From: a virus
Direction: 5' to 3' (one strand)
Length of the DNA: 64,000 nucleotides
IMG/VR virus record: IMGVR_UViG_3300020248_000002
In this document: piece by piece, positions 1 through 9,634 of the stretch
Position numbering within the stretch: position 1 is the stretch's first letter
Layout: the number at the start of each line of letters is the position of its first letter
Made by a program: the position numbers and the translations under genes
The notes under the pieces: generated by a model
What the model was told of the DNA's origin: nothing
The model's input: the letters and a program-made list of their open reading frames with translations, nothing else
The model's database searches: none

Positions 1-71
1 CCGTATGTAATCTAATTATCGTAGGGTCTCTTGTCTTCATCGAAGCATTACATATTAATTTTCATAAGGGG

Positions 72-100
72 TTGACAACCTGTGACGAGTCTGCTATATT
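72..100 (+). promoter_or_regulatory. sigma70-type promoter for the ncRNA
   Basis: TTGACA 72-77, 17-nt spacer, TATATT 95-100 preceded by TGc (extended -10). Confidence 0.8.
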
Positions 101-120
101 AATAGAGTCGGACGCGACGT

Positions 121-291
121 GGGAGTGACCGAATAAACTTACTGGCAACCGCTAGTTAAGGTGATGAGTCAGAGGTGGTGCTCGCTGTCAGGAATGGCAG
201 AACTACTCAACCAAGTAGGACTCAGGCAATAACGTATTTTACTTCTGTAGTAATGCCCGTTATTTGTTGGTACACAGGAATCCAACCTCCC
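121..291 (+). ncRNA. structured ncRNA, probably the cyanophage manA RNA motif
   Basis: Closing helix GGGAG 121-125/CTCCC 287-291; internal helices 142-146/151-155, 166-170/219-223, 174-179/202-207, 185-190/195-200 (GGAA tetraloop), 228-234/258-264, 266-270/282-286; no long ORF; the family name is from recall. Confidence 0.7.
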
Positions 292-301
292 TTTCAATCT
301 T

Positions 302-344
302 AAAAAAGGATCTGCTTTATTGGTGTTTTGCAGGTCCTTTTTTT
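302..344 (+). terminator. intrinsic terminator
   Basis: aaaaaaggatctgc...gcaggtcc hairpin followed by a T run. Confidence 0.8.
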
Positions 345-361
345 ATGTTATAATATATTCT

Positions 362-466
362 ATGGTAAATACAGAACTACTACTACGCATTTACAAAGCG
401 GTCAAGCAGAGGAAACCAAAGTATCCTCCATCTAGAAAAACTTATAACGTACATTTATACGGATGA
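362..466 (+). CDS. small basic hypothetical protein (34 aa)
   Basis: MVNTELLLRIYKAVKQRKPKYPPSRKTYNVHLYG; stop overlaps the next ATG (ATGA). Confidence 0.5.
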   Translation: MVNTELLLRIYKAVKQRKPKYPPSRKTYNVHLYG

Positions 467-657
467 AAAAACTTTGGAGAATCTGGGCAAAGGCACTCGG
501 AGACAAATCAGGTAAGAACGATAGAGAAGCAGACATCATTGCTATGATAAGAACCTTTATCTTTTTACAACTCATAATCACAAACTGTTTTATTGTTGGT
601 GGTAACATTAGACATTGGAATGATCATCATATACCACCTACATACCTTAATAAATAA
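463..657 (+). CDS. hypothetical membrane protein
   Basis: 64 aa, one hydrophobic segment, coupled to the upstream ORF. Confidence 0.6.
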   Translation: MKKLWRIWAKALGDKSGKNDREADIIAMIRTFIFLQLIITNCFIVGGNIRHWNDHHIPPTYLNK

Positions 658-667
658 CTAAAAAGAT

Positions 668-3600
668 ATGTCAGGTGACAACGGTTGGTTTCAACAAAAC
701 TGTGACCCCTCGGACGATCAGTCTCAGGGGCAACAGGAGGTGCCTTCTGGTGGCGGTGGTTCAAATATAAAAGGTGATGGTACTCCTGCTGATGCAACAG
801 TAAATCAGATAATAGAAAACTTGGTAGGTCAATGTTACCCTTCACAATCAACAAAGACCATACCTAACTTTGATGAACCTGATACAGGTCTTGAAAATCT
901 AGGACCATTAGAGTTAGACCTTGGATATATTGTAGATCATTTAAAAGGTCTTGGATTGGAAGACATAGGTGTATCGAGTAAAATTAAAATAGAACTTGAA
1001 GACCCTAGAGATGCTAACTCTGGTGCAGAGTGCTTTAACGATCCATATAACCCATCCTCAGAGGTAGATTGTGATGAAGATATAGGTGAGATACCTGATT
1101 GTATGTTTGATCATATTGAATGTATGCTCAAACCATATGCAGGTGGTGATTGGAAACCTCCCAATCCAGATTGTGAAAACTTTTTCACTCAAGATTTTAA
1201 TAGAACATCTAACAAAGTATGTGTAAAGAATTGTGTTCCAGAACGTAGAGCAGTATATGAACACGTGTCACCTACAAACCATCACTATAGTTTAAATTCT
1301 ACTCCTCCTGATAATAGTTACACATCATCGAGCATTATATTTTACGGACATAATAAACAAGAACCTAGATCAAATCCTCTTTACGTTTCATATAGTGCTA
1401 GTCAAACAGATACTATGTTGACTATGAACCCAGAGGCAGAGCAATCATCTATGGATGCTTATGGTATGGGATCTAGAACTGATGTTATTTCTTACATTTT
1501 TCGTGAGAAAATTGACGGGATTAGTTCCCTAGGTGATGGAGAACAACTATCAACTTTACATAGATACTGGAATCCTACATCAGGTGATCATAGATATTCT
1601 TTAACACCTATTGGTGGAGAGTTAATAGAACCTGTTTTGACAGGAGGATTTTATAATATCGCAGGTCAGGTTGATGCTGATATATTAATTGAGTTTAATT
1701 GTCAACGTGGTGGTGCAGCATATAAAAATACTTTTGGATATTATATTACTGATACAAATGACAACCCTGCATATGGTCAAGTCATTCTTCCTAATGCTAC
1801 AGACGCTACTGGATACCTATCACATACAATTTCAAAAACAATTCTAAATCAATACGCTCCTTGTAAAATAGGATTTGTTATGATTCCTAATGGTTACACT
1901 GCTAATGGTAGTTCTGTAGCACAGAATGATCTATTGACATTCTCTCAGACAAGTAACGGTTGGAGAACTAATCTAAATTCAGCAGAACAAAACCTTAGTA
2001 TGTTTAGTGAGAGAAGACTAAACTGGAATAATAAAAACTTTACAAAATGGACATCACGTTGGTGGCAATGGTGGGAAGATTTATTGAACGGTGATGATGA
2101 CTATGACGATATGAAAATTTCATACCGTATGAGTTACAATGGATCTCCTTGGTACTATGAGGGTATTGCAGGTTATGTATTTAAAGAGATAGTAGAACCT
2201 GAGTTTAGAGAGTTAGGTTCTATTAAATCTTGTGAAGATTATATGTTTGATCCTACAGGATTTAAGAATATGGAAATGGCACGTACTGGTTGTGGTCAAG
2301 TTGCAGAAGGTGATTCAGTAGTATCAGGTTGTAGTAATTGTGTAGGTGAATATATGACCAAACATAACACCGCACAAACAATTACTGCTATACAAGATGG
2401 AACTATAAGTTTGAGATCACACGGTGGTATGACAGGTGGTATTGGTGACTGTACTGTATTCAAGTATCAACTGTATAAAAACAATGTAATGATCTTTGAA
2501 GATGAAGCACACGTAGATGAGTGGACAAAGATAGGTACACCTTTACATACTTTTGATATTGCTAGAGGTGATGATGTTACATTTAGAGTTGCTAGTATTG
2601 AAGCAGGTCATTATAACGCATCAGTTACACCACACTTTGCTTTACACAATGAAAGTACAAAAGAAATCATTAATATATTTGGAGTAGAACTTACAACAAC
2701 ATCACATAACGTTCCAGATATTAATTTGAACTGTGGTGTACCTGGATCATTCTCATTGTATGATGTAAATAATTCAAGTAATACAGTGTCTGCGTGGTCA
2801 AGTGGTGGAGGATTTACAAATAACTGGTTGACAGTTACACCACGTCCTACACACGTGAACCAAGTAAGAACAGATGATGATAGTACAGGTTACATTGTCA
2901 GATCTATTGGTAGTGGTGGAATGTCACTTAATATTAGGTATGAGTCAGTAACAAATGGTATGAGATTCCGTGTAGAAAGTATCATTGATATGGGTAGTGG
3001 TGGATATAGGATAGGTCAATTAGAAAAATTCTTTGTAGGTAAAGACAAAACTCTTGGTACAATATTCAGACAAGGTATTGTAGTAAACAGTCTTGACACT
3101 GCTGCTTGTATTTCTGGTGGTGCTGTAAATCAATTATCATTTGGAACACTTAATGAAAATAATGACGTTGGTGCATATGGTTTACCATCACCTGCTATTC
3201 TAATAGCGTCAGGTTCACCAACATCAAATTACTTTGACAGTCAAGTCAGTGATCTTGTAGAGAAATTATTTACTGTGAGTGTAGAGGATACATCATCAGC
3301 GGTAACAATGATGTATAGAGAACCTGCTACTCTAGTACAATACTGGCAGAGAAAAAATGCAGCAGGAGAACCTGTCTATTTCTATCACGACTTTGATTTA
3401 GAAGGAACTAATGGAATGAAATTACGAATGAGAGCAGAGTTAATTTATAAAGAAACTGATACACAAACAGCACCTGAGACTTTGAAAGGATACCAGTTCA
3501 GATGGACAGTAGATTCTATTTTAAATGCAGGTCAAGGGTATGCTGACGGTATGGAATTTACTTGGGAGTTTCCTGTAAGAGATGAGAAACTTATAAACAA

Positions 3601-3823
3601 TGAAGGTGCAGAGACTACAACTCCATATTATCCACAAGAAAAAATCTTACCTCAGAGAATAAGATTAAATAACTCAGAGACATCTATTAATACTAGAACT
3701 GCTAAGTGGGGATTATATCAATCATCACACGACAGAAACTCAACTGTGTGGTATAGTAATAGTAGTAGGTCTAGAAATGCACATTTCAGACAATTTAGAT
3801 TCATTATTGACGACGCAGTATGA
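668..3823 (+). CDS. large putative virion structural protein
   Basis: 1051 aa, G/S/T/N/Cys-rich; late promoter TAAATA 651-656; WWEDLLNGDDDYDD resembles a DUF4114-like acidic motif. Confidence 0.55.
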   Translation: MSGDNGWFQQNCDPSDDQSQGQQEVPSGGGGSNIKGDGTPADATVNQIIENLVGQCYPSQSTKTIPNFDEPDTGLENLGPLELDLGYIVDHLKGLGLEDIGVSSKIKIELEDPRDANSGAECFNDPYNPSSEVDCDEDIGEIPDCMFDHIECMLKPYAGGDWKPPNPDCENFFTQDFNRTSNKVCVKNCVPERRAVYEHVSPTNHHYSLNSTPPDNSYTSSSIIFYGHNKQEPRSNPLYVSYSASQTDTMLTMNPEAEQSSMDAYGMGSRTDVISYIFREKIDGISSLGDGEQLSTLHRYWNPTSGDHRYSLTPIGGELIEPVLTGGFYNIAGQVDADILIEFNCQRGGAAYKNTFGYYITDTNDNPAYGQVILPNATDATGYLSHTISKTILNQYAPCKIGFVMIPNGYTANGSSVAQNDLLTFSQTSNGWRTNLNSAEQNLSMFSERRLNWNNKNFTKWTSRWWQWWEDLLNGDDDYDDMKISYRMSYNGSPWYYEGIAGYVFKEIVEPEFRELGSIKSCEDYMFDPTGFKNMEMARTGCGQVAEGDSVVSGCSNCVGEYMTKHNTAQTITAIQDGTISLRSHGGMTGGIGDCTVFKYQLYKNNVMIFEDEAHVDEWTKIGTPLHTFDIARGDDVTFRVASIEAGHYNASVTPHFALHNESTKEIINIFGVELTTTSHNVPDINLNCGVPGSFSLYDVNNSSNTVSAWSSGGGFTNNWLTVTPRPTHVNQVRTDDDSTGYIVRSIGSGGMSLNIRYESVTNGMRFRVESIIDMGSGGYRIGQLEKFFVGKDKTLGTIFRQGIVVNSLDTAACISGGAVNQLSFGTLNENNDVGAYGLPSPAILIASGSPTSNYFDSQVSDLVEKLFTVSVEDTSSAVTMMYREPATLVQYWQRKNAAGEPVYFYHDFDLEGTNGMKLRMRAELIYKETDTQTAPETLKGYQFRWTVDSILNAGQGYADGMEFTWEFPVRDEKLINNEGAETTTPYYPQEKILPQRIRLNNSETSINTRTAKWGLYQSSHDRNSTVWYSNSSRSRNAHFRQFRFIIDDAV

Positions 3824-4107
3824 CCCCTCTAAACAAAGATGCCTTCTGGGATAGAAGACTAAAGCAATCACACAATGAACTACAACGTATCGTAAAAATA
3901 GGTACAAAATATAAGGATGATCCTGAGACTCTTCGTAAAAAAATGAAGAAGGAAAAGAAATATCAAAAAAGTTTACTTGGAGAACTTGCAAAATTAGATG
4001 ATTCCATATATAATGTTAAGAAACAAACACAAGGTGACTATGACACAGGAATCAGAGAAGAAGCAGAGGGGACTGACCCTGCTGATAGAGAGTCTACACA
4101 AACCTGA
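3820..4107 (+). CDS. hypothetical protein
   Basis: ATGA-coupled ORF. Confidence 0.5.
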   Translation: MTPLNKDAFWDRRLKQSHNELQRIVKIGTKYKDDPETLRKKMKKEKKYQKSLLGELAKLDDSIYNVKKQTQGDYDTGIREEAEGTDPADRESTQT

Positions 4108-4222
4108 TACTAAATTAAGATCCTGTGCACACAATCAAGATTGTTTTGAAGAACTGATGTTCTATAGACAAGAGATCATTGATCATTGTCATCAGAAACT
4201 AAAGGAGTTACAGGATGAATAG
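4040..4222 (+). CDS. hypothetical protein
   Basis: Likely start MTQESE after AAGGTG. Confidence 0.55.
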   Translation: MTQESEKKQRGLTLLIESLHKPDTKLRSCAHNQDCFEELMFYRQEIIDHCHQKLKELQDE

Positions 4223-4427
4223 TTACTCCTATAGAAATGAAACAGATAGGATGATCATTTTTAAATGTATGGCAAAAGATTTTTGGTTAGAGAAAGTAGT
4301 GATGCCATTCGAGACATACATATTTGATGCACCAGACCACGCAGATGTAGAGATCTTTGGTTTAGATCAACAACTTGCAAGACATTATCGAATTGAAGAA
4401 CTTAGTAATGCAACTATTCCCAACTGA
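4215..4427 (+). CDS. DUF1830-like cyanobacterial protein
   Basis: YRNETDRMIIFKC...LEKVVMPFE..IFDAPDHADVEIF pattern. Confidence 0.6.
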   Translation: MNSYSYRNETDRMIIFKCMAKDFWLEKVVMPFETYIFDAPDHADVEIFGLDQQLARHYRIEELSNATIPN

Positions 4428-5025
4428 GATATTTCCATCACAACATAGTGACGCTAAGATAGTAGAGGAGATAGACAATACAATCAAATACTTAGAGGAG
4501 ACAGGTGACTGGTCTGACAGTTCATATCTGTCTCCTTATGCTTTGCAAGAAACTTTACACGGTACTCACGCGAAGCAACATTTATTACAGATGTTTAAGA
4601 AACATCCTATGCCAAACCTTGAGTCATTTCTAGGTGAAGCAATAGAAAAATATGTGGGTTCACAAAAATTACCTGTTCCAGATAGTGCCTCAGCATACAT
4701 AGAACCATTGAGAGGATCTTGGACTATCTCACAATCGTGGATCAATGTAGTAGGTAAAGGTAAGTCACAACAAAGACATACACACGCAGGTCATCAGGTA
4801 TCTGGTGTATATTATCATCGAACCACACCTGAGATGGGAGGAATACTATTTTACAATCCAAATCCATATGCTAAGATGTGTATGTTTGGAACTGAGGAAG
4901 GTATTTACTTTGACCCCACTCCAGAATCTGTTATACTATTTCCATCGTGGTTAGAACACGCTACGGAAAAGAACAACACAGATCTTTCTCGTTATTCAAT
5001 CGCATTCAACGTTCACCTTAACTAA
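4408..5025 (+). CDS. 2OG-Fe(II) oxygenase-like protein (TIGR02466 type)
   Basis: LFPT start, SWIN, HTH, SGVYY, LFPSWLEH, RYSIAFN. Confidence 0.8.
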   Translation: MQLFPTEIFPSQHSDAKIVEEIDNTIKYLEETGDWSDSSYLSPYALQETLHGTHAKQHLLQMFKKHPMPNLESFLGEAIEKYVGSQKLPVPDSASAYIEPLRGSWTISQSWINVVGKGKSQQRHTHAGHQVSGVYYHRTTPEMGGILFYNPNPYAKMCMFGTEEGIYFDPTPESVILFPSWLEHATEKNNTDLSRYSIAFNVHLN

Positions 5026-5270
5026 TGAAACCAAACAATACAACAATCTATACCAGACCAGGTTGTCCTTACTGTTCAAAGATTAAAGAGTTTTACAATT
5101 TAAAAGGTTGGAGTTATCGTGAGTACATACTCAACGAAAACTTCACACGTGACCAGTTCTATCAAGAGTTTGGTAGTGGGTCCACCTTCCCACAGTTAGT
5201 CGTAGACGGACAGAAAACAGGTGGTTGCAATGAATCAATCTCACATTTTAAATCAAGAGGTATTATTTGA
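5025..5270 (+). CDS. nrdC: glutaredoxin
   Basis: CPYC active site, TFPQ and GG motifs. Confidence 0.9.
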   Translation: MKPNNTTIYTRPGCPYCSKIKEFYNLKGWSYREYILNENFTRDQFYQEFGSGSTFPQLVVDGQKTGGCNESISHFKSRGII

Positions 5271-5632
5271 CTACAATGATAAACCAACAGAACAAAGTTG
5301 ATGAACTTTGTTCTCTAGTTGAGAGGGCAATGGATGCTGCAATGGGTGAAGGTAGATTCTTAATGAAGGTCTACCCTCTACTAGAAGCACAGAAATTCAC
5401 TCGAAGAGAAGTAACAGAGTTCATCGAGAGCAGCACAGCAGCAAGCGTTTCAGAGATGTGTTTGGAATTAGAAGGGTACATTAAGGGTGGTGATCCATAC
5501 CTAAGAGAATCCTTTGGACATATCCCTAAACCACAAGCAAGAAAGATACACAAGTATCTGTATGCTCTATTAGAAGATGCGTGGAAGTACGAGCAAACTC
5601 GTAGACCTGGACGCAAAAAAAAGTCTAAATAA
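5267..5632 (+). CDS. conserved cyanophage hypothetical protein
   Basis: ORF between nrdC and rnh; YIKGG..LRESFGHIPKPQARKI. Confidence 0.7.
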   Translation: MTTMINQQNKVDELCSLVERAMDAAMGEGRFLMKVYPLLEAQKFTRREVTEFIESSTAASVSEMCLELEGYIKGGDPYLRESFGHIPKPQARKIHKYLYALLEDAWKYEQTRRPGRKKKSK

Positions 5633-5654
5633 TTTTAATTACAAGGAGTTTCCT

Positions 5655-5891
5655 ATGGCAGAACAAGCGGTTATTTTTGCATCATTAATCATAGGAGCGT
5701 TCCTGATGGGTGCTGTTATTGCTTGGTATGTAAAAGATTATGTTGACACTTATCTTGAGAGTGCAGCGTATGCAAAAGCAGTTATTCACCCAGAAATGCT
5801 GACTGATGATGGCAGAGTAGACCCCGAAGAACTACTGTACTTGCGTTTGAATGAAGAAAATGATATAATAGATGACGAAGATGATGACTAA
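5655..5891 (+). CDS. small membrane protein
   Basis: AAGGAG SD, N-terminal TM segment, HPEM motif, acidic tail; TAAATA at 5626-5631. Confidence 0.6.
   Translation: MAEQAVIFASLIIGAFLMGAVIAWYVKDYVDTYLESAAYAKAVIHPEMLTDDGRVDPEELLYLRLNEENDIIDDEDDD
5841..5869 (+). promoter_or_regulatory. sigma70-type promoter upstream of rnh
   Basis: TTGCGT-17-TATAAT with TGa extended -10. Confidence 0.55.
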
Positions 5892-5893
5892 AA

Positions 5894-6772
5894 ATGATTC
5901 TTGTAGATATGAATCAGGTGATGATAGCAAACCTTATGGTTTCGCTTTCACAGACTGAGAAGTTACAAGAAGGTTTAGTCCGACATATGGTTCTTAATTC
6001 TCTGCTTAACTATAGGTCAGAGTTTAAGAAAAAGTACGGAGAATTTGTTCTCTGTTATGACAACAGACATTACTGGAGACGTGATGAGTTCCCTCACTAT
6101 AAGGGTACACGTAAACGTGACAGAGAAAAGTCTAAACATAACTGGGATAATATTTTTGAACTCCTTAATAAACTTAAGGCAGAGTTCTTAAAACATTTAC
6201 CGTACAAAGTTGTAGAGGTTGAGGGTGCAGAAGCAGATGACATCATCGCTGTTCTCTGTAAACAACAAGGTCTTGCAAACATAAGATTGCAAAACAATAT
6301 GCAACCACCAGTGAAGACTTTAATACTCTCTGGAGATAAAGACTTCATTCAACTTAAAAGATATGGATATGTAGATCAATACAATCCTTGTCTTAAGAAA
6401 TGGGTAGAAGGACTAGACCCTAAACTGTATATCTCAGAGCACATCCTTAAGGGTGATAGATCTGATGGTATTCCAAACTTCTTATCTGATGATAGTTGCT
6501 TGGTTGAAGGACGCAGACAGAAACCATTACGCAAAGTATTAATTGCAAAGTGGTCTACGCAAAGTCCAGAAGACTTCTGTACTACACCAGAACTTATGGA
6601 TCAGTATGAACGTAATCGTAAACTAATTGACTTTGAGTATATTCCAAAAGACGTAAGTGAAAAGATTATAGATACATATGAATCCTTAGTTCCTGCTAAC
6701 AGGAGCGACCTCTCTTCTTACTTTGAAGAGAATGAATTGAATGACTTAGTGTCAGCAGTAAACTATTTTTAA
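5894..6772 (+). CDS. rnh: T4-like RNase H / 5'-3' exonuclease
   Basis: MILVD, YKGTR, EADDIIA, SGDKDFIQL, GDRSDGIPN. Confidence 0.93.
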   Translation: MILVDMNQVMIANLMVSLSQTEKLQEGLVRHMVLNSLLNYRSEFKKKYGEFVLCYDNRHYWRRDEFPHYKGTRKRDREKSKHNWDNIFELLNKLKAEFLKHLPYKVVEVEGAEADDIIAVLCKQQGLANIRLQNNMQPPVKTLILSGDKDFIQLKRYGYVDQYNPCLKKWVEGLDPKLYISEHILKGDRSDGIPNFLSDDSCLVEGRRQKPLRKVLIAKWSTQSPEDFCTTPELMDQYERNRKLIDFEYIPKDVSEKIIDTYESLVPANRSDLSSYFEENELNDLVSAVNYF

Positions 6773-6775
6773 GTT

Positions 6776-7210
6776 ATGAAACTTACTATTGCAGAGATTT
6801 TGCAGAAAGCACACAATGCAAAGACAAAATCACAGAAGGTGAAAATCCTTCAAGAGAATAATAGTCAAGCACTACGTTCTCTATTCATATGGAACTACGA
6901 TGACTCTGTAGTTTCAGCATTACCAGAAGGTGATGTACCTTACAGACCAAACCCTGCACCTATGGGTACAGAACATACACTTCTTGAGAAAGAAGCACGT
7001 AAATTCTACTACTTTATTAAGGGTGGAGCAGACAATCTTCCTTCTATGAAGAAAGAGAATATGTTTATCCAAATGTTAGAAGGGTTACACGAAGATGAAG
7101 CAAAGGTTTTATGCCTTGTAAAAGACAAACTACTTGGCAAACGCTATAGAATTACTAAAGCAGTTGTCCAAGAAGCATTCCCTACAATTCAGTGGGGTAA
7201 TCGGAGTTGA
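6776..7210 (+). CDS. conserved T4-like hypothetical protein
   Basis: LPEGDVPY and FIQMLEGLH..EA motifs; position after rnh. Confidence 0.7.
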   Translation: MKLTIAEILQKAHNAKTKSQKVKILQENNSQALRSLFIWNYDDSVVSALPEGDVPYRPNPAPMGTEHTLLEKEARKFYYFIKGGADNLPSMKKENMFIQMLEGLHEDEAKVLCLVKDKLLGKRYRITKAVVQEAFPTIQWGNRS

Positions 7211-7491
7211 ATACATTGAACGTCCTAAAAGAGAAGTGTCAGGTTGCTGATGCTAACGACAAAACATTACCATACACAGCATATCTTGTTCATTACATAG
7301 AAAATGGGCAGGAATGTTATGATATTGCCATACCGCAGTCTCAAGTGGAGATGTTTGACTATTATTATGATAAGTATAAGAAGGACTTCAAATGGTTCAG
7401 ACAATCACAAGGTATAGTCAACCCTAAATTATGGAAAAACCAACAGGAAGCAGAAAAGAGGGAGACCAAAAACAAAAGAAAAAGAAGATGA
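7207..7491 (+). CDS. hypothetical protein
   Basis: Coupled ORF; FDYYYDKYK, NPKLW. Confidence 0.6.
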   Translation: MNTLNVLKEKCQVADANDKTLPYTAYLVHYIENGQECYDIAIPQSQVEMFDYYYDKYKKDFKWFRQSQGIVNPKLWKNQQEAEKRETKNKRKRR

Positions 7492-7730
7492 CGATTTACA
7501 CCGTCAATAAGATACAGGAACCTAAAAAACCAGAGGAAGAACCTCCAAAGGATACTAAGGTTACAGTAACACCAGAACAAGTTGGTGAATTTATTGGCAC
7601 AGTATTTTTGACACCTCTAGTTCTAATGTTTGCGTGGAACTTTGTTGCTCCAACTCTGTTTGGATTGGCAACTATAAATTACATCCAATCATTTGCTATC
7701 CTTATAATCGCTAGATGTTTTCGTCAATGA
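7488..7730 (+). CDS. hypothetical membrane protein
   Basis: Likely start MTIYTV; two hydrophobic segments. Confidence 0.55.
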   Translation: MTIYTVNKIQEPKKPEEEPPKDTKVTVTPEQVGEFIGTVFLTPLVLMFAWNFVAPTLFGLATINYIQSFAILIIARCFRQ

Positions 7731-8458
7731 CAAGTACAATGAAACCCTTATCTCACGCATCAGTTTGCTTAGTAAGCACAACACCTGATGCTGAGAAGAC
7801 AATAGGATACATCGCAAGAGTATCTAATCCTAATAACCAAGACAATCCTAAAGTTGAAAAACTATTAGAGTATTGTATTAAGCACGGTCACTGGTCTGTG
7901 TTTGAGCAAGCAACAATGACTCTTGAAATTAATACAACAAGAGCAATCGCTGCACAAATATTAAGGCATCGTTCATTTACTTATCAGGAATTTTCTCAAA
8001 GATATGCAGACACAAATCTGTTGACAGATAAGATTCCTGTACCAGATCTACGTCGTCAGGATGATAAGAATCGTCAAAATTCTATTGATGATCTTGACCC
8101 TGATGAAGTACGTAAGATGAATCACATTGTTGAAGAGTTATTTAAAGATGCTCAAGATGTATATGCTATGCTCTTAAAGAAAGGTGTGGCAAAAGAATGT
8201 GCGAGATTTGTATTGCCATTGGCAACACCGACTCGTATCTATATGACAGGTTCACTTCGTTCTTGGATACACTATATCGAACTACGAACTGGACACGGTA
8301 CACAGAAAGAGCATATGGACATTGCACAGTTATGCAAAGACCATTTTGTTTGTAACTTTCCTACCATTTCTAAAGCATTAGGGTGGTGTCAACAAGATTG
8401 TGATTGTCCCGAAGACGATTACTGGCGAGACCTTCAACCCTGTCTTAGAATAGACTAA
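7715..8458 (+). CDS. thyX: flavin-dependent thymidylate synthase
   Basis: HWSVFE, QILRHRSFTYQEFSQRY, ARFVLP, LRSWIHYIELR; true start may be slightly downstream. Confidence 0.95.
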   Translation: MFSSMTSTMKPLSHASVCLVSTTPDAEKTIGYIARVSNPNNQDNPKVEKLLEYCIKHGHWSVFEQATMTLEINTTRAIAAQILRHRSFTYQEFSQRYADTNLLTDKIPVPDLRRQDDKNRQNSIDDLDPDEVRKMNHIVEELFKDAQDVYAMLLKKGVAKECARFVLPLATPTRIYMTGSLRSWIHYIELRTGHGTQKEHMDIAQLCKDHFVCNFPTISKALGWCQQDCDCPEDDYWRDLQPCLRID

Positions 8459-8649
8459 TGTACACACTCTATACTTTTTTATTAGTTGTAATGCTCATCG
8501 CTATCACCGATGGGTTTGATCCGTTCTATAAAATTATAGAATACGTGAAACTAGAATTAAAGTATGCTATAATTAGAGCACGACTTAACTTAATTAATGT
8601 TCAAGTCAGATACATCAGACACAAAACTAAAAAACTACGTAAACATTAA
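8458..8649 (+). CDS. hypothetical membrane protein
   Basis: TAATG-coupled on both sides. Confidence 0.55.
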   Translation: MYTLYTFLLVVMLIAITDGFDPFYKIIEYVKLELKYAIIRARLNLINVQVRYIRHKTKKLRKH

Positions 8650-8879
8650 TGCCCTCATACGACTTTAAAAACAAAGAAACTGGAGAGATTATCGAGTTAA
8701 AGATGTCTATGGCAGAACTCGATAAATACAAAGACGAGCACCCAGAGATGGAAAGGTATTTTGGTAATCAAGCACCTGCAACAATGTATGGTAAACCAAA
8801 ACAATCTGATGGATTTAAAGAAGTGATGCAGAAGATTCAATCAGAACACCCCGCTGCAAACTTGTCTAACTACACTTAA
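8649..8879 (+). CDS. FmdB-like small protein lacking Cys ligands
   Basis: MPSYDFKNKETGE start; position upstream of phoH. Confidence 0.55.
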   Translation: MPSYDFKNKETGEIIELKMSMAELDKYKDEHPEMERYFGNQAPATMYGKPKQSDGFKEVMQKIQSEHPAANLSNYT

Positions 8880-8881
8880 TT

Positions 8882-9634
8882 ATGCCTGTCAAAAAGCGAA
8901 AGACAACCTCTCAAAACAACAGCAGAAGTGCTAAATTTATGAGAAGAAAGAAACCTATTAATATGGATCACCTCAAGGTGATCGAACCCATTGGGGACAA
9001 CCAAGAAATAGTCTTCAAGTCTTATGCTGAAGGAAAGAATTTAGTTTTACACGGTGCTGCGGGTACTGGTAAAACTTTTATTAGTTTGTACCTTGCACTC
9101 AAGGAAGTATTAGAACCTACAAGTCCATATGAAAAAGTATATATGGTAAGGTCTCTCGTCCCTACAAGAGAGATTGGTTTCCTTCCTGGAGATCACGAGG
9201 ACAAATCAAATCTATACCAAATACCATATAAAAATATGGTAAAGTATATGTTTCAGATGCCTGATGATGCTGCATTTGAAATGTTATATGATAACTTAAG
9301 ATCACAAGAGACAATATCATTTTGGTCTACCTCTTTTATCAGAGGAACCACATTAGATAATTGTGTCATCATAGTAGATGAGTTTAGTAACTTGAACTTT
9401 CACGAATTAGATAGTATAATAACTCGTGTGGGTCAGAACTCTAAGATCATTTTCTCAGGAGACTACACACAATCTGATTTAATTAAGAGCAATGAACGTA
9501 ATGGAGTCCTAGACTTTATGAAGATCTTGCAGACAATGCCATCGTTTGATACGGTTGAATTTGGTATTGATGACATTGTTAGGTCAGGTCTCGTAAGAGA
9601 ATACTTAATATCAAAGGTGAATCTTGGTCTCTAA
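8882..9634 (+). CDS. phoH: PhoH-family ATPase
   Basis: GAAGTGKT, IGFLPG, IRGTTL, IIVDE, SGDYTQSD, DIVRSGLV. Confidence 0.95.
   Translation: MPVKKRKTTSQNNSRSAKFMRRKKPINMDHLKVIEPIGDNQEIVFKSYAEGKNLVLHGAAGTGKTFISLYLALKEVLEPTSPYEKVYMVRSLVPTREIGFLPGDHEDKSNLYQIPYKNMVKYMFQMPDDAAFEMLYDNLRSQETISFWSTSFIRGTTLDNCVIIVDEFSNLNFHELDSIITRVGQNSKIIFSGDYTQSDLIKSNERNGVLDFMKILQTMPSFDTVEFGIDDIVRSGLVREYLISKVNLGL

Noticed and set aside
1-65. Minus-strand ORF starting at 65
   Set aside because: Reads ATG AAA ATT AAT ATG TAA and stops after five codons; cannot be supported at the window edge.
121-291. tRNA, tmRNA or group I intron
   Set aside because: No T-loop/CCA cloverleaf or tag ORF, and it does not interrupt a gene; no tRNA was recognised anywhere in the window.
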